Source of the DNA: Botryllus schlosseri
Lineage: Eukaryota
DNA length: 64,000 bases
Assembly (NCBI GenBank): GCA_051294905.1
Contig: CM119371.1
Location: 10,294,001 to 10,358,000, forward strand
Direction of reading: 5' to 3'
Below, piece after piece: positions 29,401 through 42,186 of the stretch. The notes below the pieces were generated by a model. That model did not search any database. It was not told where the DNA came from and was given only the letters and a program-made list of their open reading frames with translations. Made by a program: the position numbers and the translations under genes. How positions within the stretch are numbered: the first letter of the stretch is position 1; the number at the start of each line of letters is the position of its first letter.

Positions 29401-30278
29401 CATGAGTGCGAATGAACCAAACAAACAAATCCGTTTTCGTGAATCTTGAAAGCCAAATTCCTGATTTGTTTCTCATTTTGAAAACCGCTAGTGGCCGTTA
29501 ATGAGTATCCAGATATGTCTTGTCACCAGAGATGAGCGGATTTGAAATTTCTATGTCCTAATCCAATCCAAATCCGAACCTTCAAATCCTAATCCAAATC
29601 CTAATCGATAACTTTTCCATATTCAAGTCCATGTGCAATCCTAATCCGAATCCAACTGAAAATTCAGAAAAAAAGTAATTTATGCAATGGAGGGATTCGA
29701 AAATTTCCTTTCAAAACCAACGATTCACTTGATTCAAGATAACCTAGTAACCATAAGTACATTAATAACTGATCTGAATAAAGTTTGTCGCCATTCGCCG
29801 CACGACATTTCAATTTCCCAGAAATTACATAAATCCAATCCAAATCCTAATCCGTTCTGAAAAAAATGTCTAATCCAAATCCAAACCAAATCCGACAAAA
29901 TTTCACAAATCCTGTTTTTTCAAAACCTAATCCTAATCCATGCTCATCTCTGCTTGTCACGGAGAATCCTTCAAATTCACATTTCCATTTTCCAGCTACT
30001 TCCGCATCGGACCCGGATCCGACCGCTACAGACTGCACGTATCCGGATACTCCGGGAATGCAACCGAAGATGGTCTCTCACCTCACAGCAATCACCAATT
30101 CTCGACGAACGACGTGGATCATAATAGTTGCGCTTCCTACTACGAATCAGCCTGGTGGTATGACAACTGCTACCACAGCAATCTGAATGGAAACTTCAAC
30201 AAAACAGACGTGAAGGGAATTCGGTGGTGGTCTGAAAACCTGCGGTTCTCGGAGATGAAGTTTCGAAAAAGATTATGA
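23461..30278 (+). CDS. Secreted fibrinogen-related domain (FReD; ficolin/angiopoietin/MFAP4-like) protein, 229 aa, 6 exons: 23461-23521, 23575-23633, 23696-23785, 23933-24029, 25054-25153, 29996-30278
   Basis: Exon phases join into 690 nt of open frame: signal-peptide-like MSLKIGIPLLFGFAIYLRSSA, WT|VFQRRINGDVDFHRGWDDYKKGFG..GDLWL|GLDELH, YS|YFRIG...YRLHVSGYSGNA, FSTNDVD, AWWYDNCYHSNLNG, FSEMKFR. Introns 1-4 GT-AG, intron 5 GC-AG. Exons 1-3 are less certain than 4-6. Confidence 0.88.
24107..24942. mobile_element. hAT-type MITE in FReD intron 4 with aaaagttgca subterminal repeats
   Basis: Ends tagggcaa / ttgcccta; TSD gttatgac at 24099-24106 and 24943-24950. Confidence 0.9.
24569..24856 (-). 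mobile_element. Probable solo LTR (288 bp) nested in the MITE
   Basis: On the minus strand TGTAGCGT...ACGCTATA termini and an ATTAAA signal; flanks ctac/ctat (4-bp TSD, 1 mismatch); three internal ~30-bp tandem units (gacggt.act.aaag.cgactg). Confidence 0.55.
26357..29330. mobile_element. Non-autonomous TIR element with (GGAGCC)-type subterminal repeats, containing nested insertions
   Basis: caggactttggagc vs gctccaaagccctg (13/14 inverted match); ggagccggagc arrays at both ends; TSD not convincing. Confidence 0.6.
27568..28082. mobile_element. hAT-type MITE (second copy at 60477-60980)
   Basis: TIR tagggctgggca / tgcccagcccta; TSD ttcacgac on both sides. Confidence 0.92.
29527..29952. mobile_element. 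hAT-type MITE with (AATCC)-rich subterminal repeats
   Basis: TIR cagagatgagc / gctcatctctg; TSD cttgtcac at 29519-29526 and 29953-29960. Confidence 0.92.
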
Positions 30279-30381
30279 AAGGAAATGCAGATATTCACAT
30301 GTGTGGCCCATTCCAACCGTCAAAAGATATTGATTTTTTTAAGGCCTATATCATGACATGACCATATCTTTTCAATATTTT

Positions 30382-31172
30382 TAGGGATGGTGTGAACTTG
30401 AGGTTCACGTTTGCGCTCTGTGTGTGAACCTCATAAATTTAGAGGTTTTCGTTCACAAACGAACCTTAATAAGATCTGCACTGTGAACATTTTTCATATG
30501 TTACATTTTACACGTCATTAAAACATATTTGGTTGAAATTCTTTGCATTTCAATTTCGAAGCACTCTATGCATAACGCAGGCAGCATAAAGACATTAACA
30601 CTAAACGAGCATGCACCGCCTCGCCCATCTCCAAAACTTTACTTGCTTCGTAAAAAAAGTTTGCTCGAAATAAGCAGCTTTGTGTTTGTGAATATTTAGT
30701 GACATCCAGCAAGGGTATGGGATCCATCATGATTTGATATGTTGATTGTATACTAAAAACCAAATCCGTGCGATTGGGGTGTTGGCTACTGTATAACTTG
30801 TTTATGGGTAATATCGGTAGCAAGTTTAGAAACCCCTTTAACACTCGGCTCAGTATCAATGTGCAATAGTCAGACGCAAAATAGATTGCCCCAGCCGGCC
30901 TTGACCGTGAATGCGTAAGCTTTTTCTTGCAAGTCCTCATCGAAATTGTTGGCAAAGCCACCGAAGTTATTGATTTTATGAGAATATTATAGCGTCTGAT
31001 GGCTCCAGTTTATGCCTTTGGTGACGTATAAAAAGTCAGCAAGTCGTCTCTAGGTATCTTGTATATCACTCACTGCAATGTAGGGCTGGAAGTAGCAATA
31101 TGACGTCACGTGACGTCATGAGGTTCGCGTTCGCGTTCACACAGAACCTTTCAGAGGTTCACACGATCCCTA
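30382..31172. mobile_element. hAT-type MITE, tagggatggtgtgaac family (also 55399-57337 and 55925-56849)
   Basis: TIR tagggatggtgtgaac / gttcacacgatcccta; internal sequence collinear with the copies at 55.4-57.3 kb; TSD degenerate. Confidence 0.85.
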
Positions 31173-31459
31173 ATATATGCCGAATCCCTGTTCTGACCAT
31201 CTTCTCTAGTTGTTGGAGATTTCTTTGGGCACATCATCGCCGATCTCACTACTACGGTAGTATATTAAAAAGCCCAGACTGGAATTGAGCCGTATTATAA
31301 GTAAACAGCCGGGAGGGAGAGAGACTGACGACTGACTGAGAGAAGAAAGTGATTTCGAAAATGACAAACACTACGGACATCATAAAAAATTCGTGTCGTG
31401 GCGAACATAGCCTGAAAAACGTGATAAGCGCCACTGTGTTGTGTTAATAATGATATTAA

Positions 31460-31487
31460 TAACAACAACAACAACAACAACAACAGC

Positions 31488-31546
<59 letters not shown>
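31460..31546. repeat. (AAC)n microsatellite, about 29 units with one interruption
   Basis: Directly visible. Confidence 0.98.
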
Positions 31547-32610
31547 CTCGAGAGTTCAATTGGAAAGTTCTAACCCTGTGGTGTCACCATCTAAATTTTA
31601 CATACATAAACCGGTTGCCCGACATATGAGCAATTGAGCATGCGACACAATGGAAAATGGCCGTTCCACATTGGATTCTTCAGCAGCGTCACTTCAGCAT
31701 GTGACTTTATAACCCAAAAACGTACCCTAACACGAAACATGGACCTGAAATTAACCCTTATACATATATCCTAACCCCAAGCATATCCCTAACCCAAACA
31801 TAAATCAAACCCTAACCAATCCTTAACCCCAGCATTTAACCCACATGCTCATGCGTCGCATGCCTGTCGCATGCCATAATGTCGCATGTTCATATGTCCA
31901 CGGACCACACAAACCATAGGGATAGAAACAACACGAAAACAACACGCATATTTTTAATAATACGTGATAGAATGCACCAATCTATAATCTGGATAAACCT
32001 CCCAAGCACAATGGCAATCATTAACGAGCCGCAAAGACTCGAAACGCCGCATGCGGCTCGCCACCCGCGGTTATCCCACCCAACAACAACCTTCCATGCC
32101 ACCAAACGATGCATTGGGATTGCAAACCTTCGGATTGCTCTTTTTAATAATTTTTGATATGACGATGAGGGGGGGAGCGAAATCTTTACTATCATCAAGG
32201 TTTGAGAACCAGACTGCTCTATATGAAGGCATAGAGTTAGATGGAACTTATAGATAGCCTATTCATTTGCATAACGGGAAAGCTACGGAATCTTTCCGTG
32301 ATTTGCGCTCCACCCTCCAAGGCTGCAGTTCTCAACTTTTTAGGACATGCGCCCCCCTTGGCGATGGTCGAAAGAATTGTGCCCCCCGGACCCCCTGCAC
32401 TTATCGTCGTGTCAAAATTAGCACATCATCTAAAAGTATACATATGTTATATCTTACGCCAAGTTTGAATCCGCATTCAATTTGTTAAGTCTTTTACATT
32501 TCTGACAAATTTCCCTCAAACTTGTTTAAAAAAACACATTGAACCGGATCATTACTGATCAGCTGAAACAACTGAGAAATATGAACCCAAAGTCGGGCTT
32601 CCTTCTAGAT

Positions 32611-34582
32611 CAGTGATTCCCAACCGCGGCCCCCAACTAGCCTTCTTGCGGCCCCCACAAAAATATTGAGAAATCGATCTAAGAAAAAAAAATTATAAAA
32701 TACTCTTGCTTGGCTTGGAGTCTGGAGTTTTCAATTGAGATTGCAGGCAAGTTGTGAGTAGACTGCTAAGATTACGTCACTGCTGTTTCAATGCAATGTG
32801 CCCTAACTTTCCAGTTGAACAGGCAGTACCTATAGATATAGGTATAGTTAGAGGAATTGACAGGACCGTAACTGCCGCACCCCAAGCCCCCCAATTAGGG
32901 GGAGCGAGCTCGAAGGGGGCCCAAAATATAGCATAAATTAAAGAGTATTTTATGAAATTTTATGCAACTTTTTCAAAGATTTTTCGCGCTGCGCGCGATA
33001 TCAAGTTTCCAAGTACCTTAATTATTGGGTACTCTTCGACCAAGATAAAATACGCAAGATTTATAGAAGTGGGCATATCGGCGTTAGCCATTACCGCGCC
33101 ACGCCGCACGAAGACACATAAAGTTTTAGGCCATGTAACATGCGACTCCAAGAAGTCTGCCAGAACGATCGGCAGCAAGAAAACCTTGGCCGAAAAGGAC
33201 TTCCCTTACGCTGACCGAAAACTTCGTTATGTATATTCAAAATACATATAGGTATAATTGACCATAGGCGCCTAAATGACTGGTGCCGAATGTTCCTGTC
33301 TTGGCAATCCTAACGTCACGAGACAAATAGGCTACCATCCCGCAGGGAAGAATTATATGCCAGTGAAGAACTACCAATTTGAAATCGTGTGCATCTTTTA
33401 GTTTAGTACGTTTGGGTGATTCTATATTTTTTGATATAGCAGACTGAAGGTCACGAAATAACAAATAGCATCATGCAACGAAGTCGTACCAACGGGTCCG
33501 CCCGTCCGAATATGTTTAGTTATTATTTACGGGCCCTACAAGACACCTCACTCAGCTCTACCGGAAAATCAGATTACGTGAGCAGAGAGGACAAGTAATT
33601 GATAGCAATATATATGCAGTTCCCGATCTTATTGACCTATTTTATTTTGAATTATCGAAAATTTTCGCGCGCTGCGCCGGCTCTCCAAACGGGGATCCTG
33701 ATTTCGTGGCAGAAGCGAACAACGGCACGGGGGGTCGGTTTATCACCCTATGGGAGCTCAAGACCTAAGTGTTATGTGAGGGGCCTGACCCTGACGAAGT
33801 GCTGTTTCGTTCCTGCCACCGCACGAAGATGTTTAATTATTATTGAGTGGTCCTACCTTTTCAAACACAACTCTGATTACGTGAGCAGAAAGAGGATAAA
33901 AATTGATACCAATATATATGCAATTCCCGATTATATTGACCGATTCAATCATGAATTATAGAAATCTTTCGCGCTTCGCGCGATTTGTCGAGAGAAGCGG
34001 CCTAAAACGGACACCCGATTTAGATGATAAATAGCGGTAAACTGCCATCTAGCCTGAGAGGGTCTGGGGGCTTCGAAGTTCGGTCTATCACCCTGGGGGC
34101 CCAAGAGAAACGTTTTTTGGGGGGCTGACGAAGTGCTGTTACGGCCCTGAGTATTGATAACTAATTTACGGATAGATGTGCAACAAGTGACTCACGATTG
34201 AATACGCCGAGATGCGTACTGCTTAGCCGGCAAAAAGCAGCATAATTGGTAGTCCTATAGCTCGCGACCCAAGCATCCGAATAATTTGATATGTCGGTGT
34301 TTATCGAAAGCAAGTGTCGCACTGATTCCAAAAATACGAATTGAAATCTCGCCATGGCAATAAAACTACTCCGAAATAGCCAGCAAAGGTTGATTGTTCT
34401 GAACAACGGGAGCGCGGCAACACAATGGCCAATGGCGTCAAGCGAATGATCGGAACAATGCCAATTTTCATATTTTGGTGACTATTTTGGGTTTCTTTCA
34501 TTGCCCTGGTATTCGTGCGGCCCCGGCCGTACTCTGAAATTCTAAATTTGGCCCTGCCATCGAAAAAGGTTGGGAACCACTG
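32611..34582. mobile_element. Charlie/Buster-type non-autonomous hAT inserted in the methyltransferase
   Basis: TIR cagtgattcccaacc / ggttgggaaccactg; TSD ttctagat at 32603-32610 and 34583-34590. Confidence 0.92.
32861..34149. mobile_element. Nested non-autonomous TIR element (dispersed family)
   Basis: TIR caggaccgtaac / gttacggccctg; flanks ggaattga/agtattga (6/8); reverse-complement homology to 10200-11107 and 15020-15685. Confidence 0.75.
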
Positions 34583-35407
34583 TTCTAGATGTAGGGTGCG
34601 GCAACGGAGAAATAACGAGATTGTTGACGAAAAATTTCCATCATACGGTTGGAGTGGATCCCAGTTTTCCTATGATATCAAACGCCATTGACCACGACAC
34701 GAAGTGTCCAGAAATTGGATTCAAAGTGACCCGGGCGGAGGAATTGCCGATAGAAGACAATTCTGTTGCTGTTATTACCGGTATATCGATGCTAAACTAC
34801 GTTGACCTGCAGGCGTTCATTCCAGAATGCAAACGAGTGCTGAAATCAGATGGAGTCGCACTGTTTTATCGCGATCAGATATCGAAAATTCTCTCCGCCG
34901 GAGACGACAGTCTCCCAGTAATCGACGCTCCCGTCAAGCTGATGACAAAGTGCCTTTCGGTAAACGTAAGGAAAATGTCGCATTCCAGCTATCACACGTA
35001 TGACCTTCATCAAATTCAATTTGTCGAGATCAACTGGATAATTAAAGCAGAATTGTGAATGAAATTGAGTTCACGCACCCGTCGCTATCGACGCTCGGAT
35101 CGTGGTGTCGTTTCTACTCTCATCTGTCGTTAAACGAGAAGGTGGCCGAGAGCGGCATGAATCCAGCCGCCGAACTTGTGCAATCCGTGAAAGAGAATTG
35201 GTCGATACAGGATAGGGATCCTGACGACATCAAAATTAAAGCAGTCTACAAGACTGTAATGATTCTGTTGCAATAACACCTCACTAAAGGTCAATAATGC
35301 AAAAACATTGGAATAATATATCCGTATATGCTGTTGCGCATCTTGTGTTGGTTAATGAAATTATTTTTCTTTCTTGCAAAACATTTTCATTATGACAAGC
35401 ACCAAAC

Positions 35408-36946
35408 CAGTGGTTCCCAACCCGTGGTACGCATACCACTAGTGGTAGCCTACGTGAAGGTCTTCTAGGTGGTACGCGAGTAGATTCAGGTTTATTTTCG
35501 GCCGAAGGGAGTGATTAGATCAGGAAGGTTTGATTTTGAGTTTTTTTAGCATCGCTTTCTCGTATTCGACGCTAGTTTCTCACGCTATTCCCCAGCTGTT
35601 AATTTTCCCTTCTACGTGGGAGTGCGAGAAAGGATTTTCATCCCTAATGACTATCAAGTCGAAGAAACGAAACCTACTTGTTGCGCCCATGCATGACTTT
35701 CGATGCGCTGTGAGCTGACTTATGCCACGCATCGACTAGCTAGTGCAAGGGCTGCCAACCGTGGCCCGCGGGCCAAATGTGGCCGCGAGAAGATTATGAG
35801 TGGTCTGCGAGATAATTCGCGAAATTACTTATAATATCAAGTAATAAATTACTTAGCTAATTTACTGTGAACTTCCAAGACCAACCAAAAACTTGAGTAG
35901 TCTGACCCCAACATTTGGGATGTTGATGACTTAATACCAGTTCCGACGCATAGGCGTAGCCAGGTTTCAGCAAAACTTTTCCTAGATCTCCCTATGTGAC
36001 CATGACCATAAAGTAGAATATTTCGTGGTAGATTAATATTTTGCTTGATATTTTTATTAGTACTTCGCGCGATTTATTGCCACTCAATTTCTTGCTTTTT
36101 GTAGCCCTTCCTGGATATAAAAATATGCCCAATCCAATTAATTGACTATATTGACAATTGTGAGAGAACGTGCCGTCCAACAGCCGAATTCGCGTCTGTA
36201 CTCGAAGCGATGATGATGAAGATGAAGATGATCGTCGATGAAAATCTGGCACGAAATGATAGACGCATGTTCACCAAAATCACCGCTAATAATATGTCCA
36301 AATAATCCTGTGTTTGCCAAGTGAGGCCAGTGGTATATAGAGGTGACTCGCAATATATGCAAGTGACGTTAGTATTGGCCGAACTCATGCACTAACTTCG
36401 AAATATTTTCGCGCTTCGCGGGGTTACTTCATCACTGCACTGTGCACACTCACATTTCATGACATAATTGTTATCGATTTTGATGCGTAGTAATATAAGT
36501 CTTGTGTTCATCATTACCTAATCCGGTTCGCTTCTATTGGGTGGCTAAAAAAGATCACCATCATTCAAGTGGTCATTGCAATGGTTCGCAAATCTCATGT
36601 GGCCCTTAGGTCGAAAAGTTTGGCCGCCCCTGAGCTAGTGGAATAAATGCCGCCATAGCATTAAATAAGTTGGCTTTTGTTGTTTATTGTCAGTTCATTA
36701 TCTTGTTCTTCTTGTGACTGGGGGTGAAAAAAAATGAATTCCATGCATCCCATCAGCCCTGACTGATAATGCCTACTTTAATAGAATTTGTTATTACACC
36801 TCGCATAGTTTAAATACGTGCTTATGACGTCTTAAATGGTGGGATCATTTTTGACCGCCTTCGGCGCGCGTAACTTGTAGGTGGTAAGCGAGCACTGCAT
36901 AAAACCTCGAAATGGTACGTGGGTGGAAAAAGGTTGGGAACCACTG
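35408..36946 (+). mobile_element. Internally deleted Buster/Charlie hAT with a C-terminal transposase remnant
   Basis: TIR cagtggttcccaacc / ggttgggaaccactg; TSD caccaaac; peptide LLIFPSTWECEKGFSSLMTIKSKKRNLL...DFRCAVS matches the ZBED5/SCAND3-type catalytic-Glu/dimerisation region. Confidence 0.9.
35746..36632. mobile_element. Charlie-type MITE nested in the Buster remnant
   Basis: Ends caagggctgccaa / ttggccgcccctg; TSD agctagtg at 35738-35745 and 36633-36640. Confidence 0.88.
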
Positions 36947-38019
36947 CACCAAACCATGTTCTATTATTTAATATTACTAATAATATCTTCATAATCGAAA
37001 ATGAATAATTGGCTGGCAAAGTTACCGAAGTCTACTGGAACCAGGAAAACATGATGTCGTGTCAAGAACCCCATAGTCATTCACGCAATGCACAGAAAAC
37101 CGTTGATTGCTGACTGATGGGTTTGGGAATGAACGTCTAGCTAGACTCTGTTTTCTTAATTACGTTTGTAAATATTGTGTTATCATTCTTTCTCATGTGC
37201 TCATGTGTCATGGCTTAAGGCTGTATATTCGGCAATAAATATTCTCACGATGCCCTAACTAATCTTACGGACTTCTTGTTCTACAGCGGATTAGTAAATC
37301 TGTGAATCAGTAAATATCTCATTGTGTCTGACAGCTTGGATATACTTTAACAGCTGATCAGGTGGAGATATGGTGGTGGTGGAGTATATTCATTAAATCA
37401 GGTCGAGGTTGCACCCAAAACCGATCGATTTCGAATCTTTCCCACACTTATTTTGGAATATATAAATGGGGTTGAAGTGAAACGAAAGAGACAAAAAAGT
37501 GTTGGAGACCTCATGCAGTTACCAAAACGTTAGCAATATATTATCGGGTCCTATAAAATTACGCTGCCCATCTTCGTAATGAAGAATGGCGTGTTTATAT
37601 ATGTGCGTAGGCAGGATGTCATGGCATGAAACCTCAGTGAAATTAAAACATACAGTTCAGTTCGATACCATGAATCCATCGTCCCGTATATAGTTATGCT
37701 ATTGCTAATGTTATGGCGTTTATACGCTCGATAAATGGATGCTCTGCGCCATGCTTTACGTGATATTTACAAAACGCTATGGTGTAGGCCAGGGGCGGGC
37801 AACATACGGCCCACGGGCTCGATCCGGCCCTCGGACAGTTTTCCGTCTTATATGATAATGTGGCCCGCGGCTACAATCTGCCGAGATACCCCGCTACTTG
37901 CTTACTACCTCAAATTTTATTGACTGTATGTTATATTATACATGTATTCGCAGCGTGCGAGTGGAGCTTGCGCGTAAGTTCGTAGAAGCGAGAAGACTTG
38001 CATTATCGGCATTAACGAT

Positions 38020-38990
38020 GTAGGGGAGATGTGGTACCGATGGTTCACTGGGACCGAAAATACTTGAAAAATTCTACATGGTAATTCCATGATTACACTC
38101 CGTGAATTTGTCTACAATTACATGCTGACAGAATCTTTCCTCACATGCAAAAAGAAATCGACCTGCGTGAGTTATGGGGTCTGTGATAACTGATTTACGT
38201 TTTAGGGGATGTAAAGTAAATTTGGATCGACATTTGCATTTTTCTATATCACCTTTCAGACTAACAAACCCGCCAGAATTTTTGATGTGAAGTATCGAGC
38301 TTGTATCAGGGTATACAATGGCACATCTTTTTTGAATACCATCCTCGAGTGGACTATTTTCAAGTCAATTACAATATTTATGGGGTCGGGGACCTATGGT
38401 ACCATAGCCAAATCAAGCCAAATAAGTGGACCAACTAATCACTTAGCAACAGAAACTCGCTTACTTATATATAGACTGTAAATCATAGTTACTTGTGGTG
38501 TTTTATCGCTATTACGAGGTATTTGAAAGTCAAAATGTCGATTTGCGGGTAATATGTATGTGGCATTAATTTTGTAAGTTTAGGCGTAAATCAAAACATG
38601 ATTTTATGCCAACATTTGAGTTGATATAATCTATCTTATTCTTGAAGGTCGCGACGAAACATTCTTCATTGGCTTGCTGTAAGTTAGCTTATAGTAGGCC
38701 TACACAATAAAACAAATTAACAAATTTTAGTTTTTGAGCGTATGTCTCATAGGTCCCATGGTCGTGTGCCTTTGCACCCACCGGGTGGGGACCGATGACA
38801 CGTTCGAGCAACAAATTTTAAACGTTTATAAATATTTTTTGAAAATGCGGATACTCATGTAAATGTCCGCGATAGGTAGAGCTTGTATCGAAGTGTTAAG
38901 ACAGCAAGAGATCTGCTATTCTCGGCTGAATATTTGAGGGCCAGAGATCATTTTGCAATTTTTGATCCATCGGTACCACACTTCCCCTAC
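38020..38990. mobile_element. Non-autonomous DNA transposon with 24-bp imperfect TIRs (superfamily uncertain, possibly TA-target)
   Basis: gtaggggagatgtggtaccgatgg vs ccatcggtaccacacttcccctac (22/24). Confidence 0.8.
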
Positions 38991-39703
38991 TATACCCTAA
39001 TATCGTTTGTGGTAATCATGGTGTTTGTAGACTACAATAGTCATTTACACCAGACCGATATTTCTAATTTTTGAATCCGTAACCGCCGACTTGTAGCACG
39101 GTACACTTGTAGGCTTTTGGAAGTGACCGCTTAATTCAGTGATGACCATCAGAGCGGAGTCGGAGTGTATTCGGAGCGGAGTTTTGCCGATTTTGTGACA
39201 GTAGCAGCGGAGTCGGAGTTTACTACAGATATTTTTTCGGATATTTTCGGACTGTTGTAAGCTTTGTCCCCGATATCTTTGGGTACCTCTGACCAGAAGA
39301 CACTATTGATTACAAAATAAAACACAGGCAGTTGACACCTTATAGTTGTAAAGTTGTAATATGACGGGTAACATGCAAAAATGATTGCCAAGTGCATAAA
39401 AATCTGCCTTCTGCACTGCAATTGGGGTCTGGAGAGTAGACAATACTATAAGGCCAACCATATTATCACATTTATTTAGTAAAACACATTACCAAGTGTA
39501 CCATGCTTGTCATTCTAATGATATGGTTAAAATGGTGTGCGAGATTGTGTAATGGTTGTGCGTCCGGCTTCTCGAACGGTAGGTCGTGGGTTCGATCCCC
39601 GGCCGGGTCAGACCAAAGACTCGAAAACTGGTATTCACGGCTATCCTGCTAGGCGCTCAGCAATCACGGATAGCATGGAGGACAAAAAAACGGGGGTGCA
39701 GAC

Positions 39704-42186
39704 CAGACATGGGGTAATCGCGATTAGTAATCGTAATCGATTACGACGATTACAGCATTTTCAAGTAATCGTAATCGCAATCGATTACATTCTAAAAAAC
39801 TCCGAAATAATCGTAATCGTAATCGACTACTTCCCATATCTAATCGATTTCTCTGTGAAAGAACGATACATTTTTTATTTTTGCAAGGACTATGACATAA
39901 CTGAACATTCGTGAACAATGAAGAGATATTATACCAGGCTCGTGACAGCACAAACGTCTGATTTTCAAACGCCACAGCTCATTATTACGTCAGAAACAGC
40001 CTATTAGCTTTGTGCGTCATTGCGTAACAAGTATCCACACTAAATAGATATTCGATATACGTACGTCGTACATTAGTGTCATTGTATATATCAGGTTATC
40101 AGCACGTTCCACACGCCACTACCTCGCAGCAGTATAATTTATCTTCGCTCTGCCTAGTTTCAAATAGCAACTTAAGGTTGATGTTTGGTTATGCTTATGC
40201 TTAGTTAAACGCTGACCGTAGCTGCTTGGCGAGCAGTAGGCCTATCTAGTACGTACGTACGTACACCGGACAAAGATTTGAAATCTTGTACTCGTCAAAT
40301 AAAACATTGCGATTTCCACAGCGAAGCAGCAAAAATCAACAGCTGGTGATATACATAGGCCTATATCAAAACCGAGCCGTTTTTGCCGTTTCTCGTAACG
40401 GCAGCTTGCAGTACAATATCTGTAGTAAGTTGAAGGCAGAATTTTATGTTCGCTTCGTCTTATTCTCATTTGACTCTACTTGAAAGGGTGCCAATCGAAA
40501 TTTCACAATTCTTTACTCAAAATTTGGACCTGCCGCCGTCGCCATGGGCTTATATATGTTAGCATGGGTTGTAGCTATGGAATCAGGACCAAAACAGCAA
40601 GTCGTCCCCTATAGGGTGTTAATCGCAAGTTGAAGACTGAATTTCGTCGAAAATTGCATTATATTACTATTGATTTTTAATCCTCTCTCAGCACCCGATG
40701 GTCAGATTTACCTGTAGAGTTTGTTTGTTTGAGGTACTCATGGTGTTTGTCGACTACAACGGTCAGTTACACCTGGCCGATTTTCTGCATTTTTGATTCC
40801 GTATCTGCCGACTTGTAGCACGGCTCACTTCTAGGCTTATTGTAAGACTCCGCTTACACGGATGAGGCGGCGAGGAGGAGCCCAGATAAACCTCCATCAC
40901 TTAGAAAGGAATTCTGAAGTCGGCCTCGGTCGGACTCGAACCCGCAACCCAATGGCGCTGCAGCCGTGGATTATACCACTGCGCTATCTCGCCACACAAT
41001 AGCCTACGTAGAGCCGGGGGCACGTAATTCATAATTATAACCTCTGGTATCTTGTTATAATTACTTTAGTGTATGTTGTTAATTCGTGACCTCCGGTTTG
41101 TTATATAATCAAACGATATTGTAGTGGCTCAAGCGTAGCAGACTAGAAGAAAAACTTTCGTGAGACGCACAAACAAATTGTCATGTCTTTATATCTGACT
41201 GCATGTCTAGCAACTCAAGCTGTAAATTACCATGGTCAGTGGCCACATTAACTACAATAGGACATGAAAACATTTTCATCATGGGGAAAAAAGCATTCAT
41301 TCCGTCAATGCGGCAGTTGAACTTAACAATCAAGTCAAATGATCCATTATTTTGATGGTCAGATAGCGTTGTAAAACGTATTGCAACACCACCTGCACTT
41401 AATTTAGTTTGATGATGAGCAGACTTAAATTTGAGTGACGATACAAACGCAATTGAGTATGAGCATACTTTTTGACGTGAGTTGAGTAACGAAATCGTTG
41501 CTGAGTAGAGAATCGCTACTCGACATCAAAGGAATTGGTCTCCACCCTTAATTATAAACTCCAGATTCCAAGCCAAGCAAGTGTAATTTTTGAATATCAA
41601 TTTTTTTTTGTTTGTTCTAAATTGATTTTATGATATCTTTTTTGGATTTTCCAACGTCAATGGGAGCCGCAAGTAGGCTAGCTCGGTGCCGCGGTTGGGA
41701 ATCACTGATCTAGAGAGGATTTTCAAGTTAATTAGATCACTCGAAAATACTCTATAGCTTATGTTGGTTTACGAAATACTTTTTGAGTCCCCTTCGAGCT
41801 CGCTCCTCACCCTATTGGGAAATTTGGGGTGCAGCAATTATGACCCTGGCAAGAATGCAAATCATTGGGCGCAATAAATTCAACTTTATAAAAATGGGTA
41901 ACGGGTACATTATGACGTAACAAGCAAATGACGCATCTCTTTTAAAGGGAGTTTGATATCTCATTAGGCCTCTTCTGCGCAATCCATATATTGTCTTCTA
42001 ACATAGCTTCCAAGATGCAAACTAAATGTAATCGTGAGTAATCGTGATTACTTTTCCAATGTAATCGTAATCGTAATCGACTACTTCCTGATTTTGCTGT
42101 AATCGTAATCGTAATCGTAATCGCGTCATTCAGAAGTAATCGTAATCGCAATCGATTACAATCATGAAGTAATCACCCCATGTCTG
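39704..42186. mobile_element. hAT-type non-autonomous element with (GTAATC)n subterminal arrays, inserted in the SINE
   Basis: TIR cagacatggggt / accccatgtctg; TSD gtgcagac at 39696-39703 and 42187-42194. Confidence 0.92.
40719..40993 (-). mobile_element. Second tRNA-derived SINE family (other copies: 61982-62170 on +, 3' fragment 39005-39135)
   Basis: Minus strand ggcgagatagcgcagtgg...gggttcgagtcc head and (aaac)n tail. Confidence 0.85.

Larger units (their letters stand above)
32267..35276 (+). pseudogene. Class I SAM-dependent methyltransferase (Methyltransf_11-like), disrupted by TE insertions and a frameshift
   Basis: Removing 32611-34582 plus one TSD copy restores LKQLRNMNPKSGFLLDVGCGNGEIT...VGVDPS...AEELPIEDNSVAVIT...ECKRVLKSDG. 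The C-terminal part continues in another frame (35055-35276). Candidate N-terminus HNGKATESFRDLRSTL at about 32270-32317 is separated by a further MITE fragment. Confidence 0.85.

Noticed and set aside
31295..31629. Poly-Leu and poly-Thr ORFs
   Set aside because: Translations of the (AAC)n microsatellite.
37055..37285. Possible solo LTR (TG...CA with aataaa)
   Set aside because: No target-site duplication and no second copy in the window.
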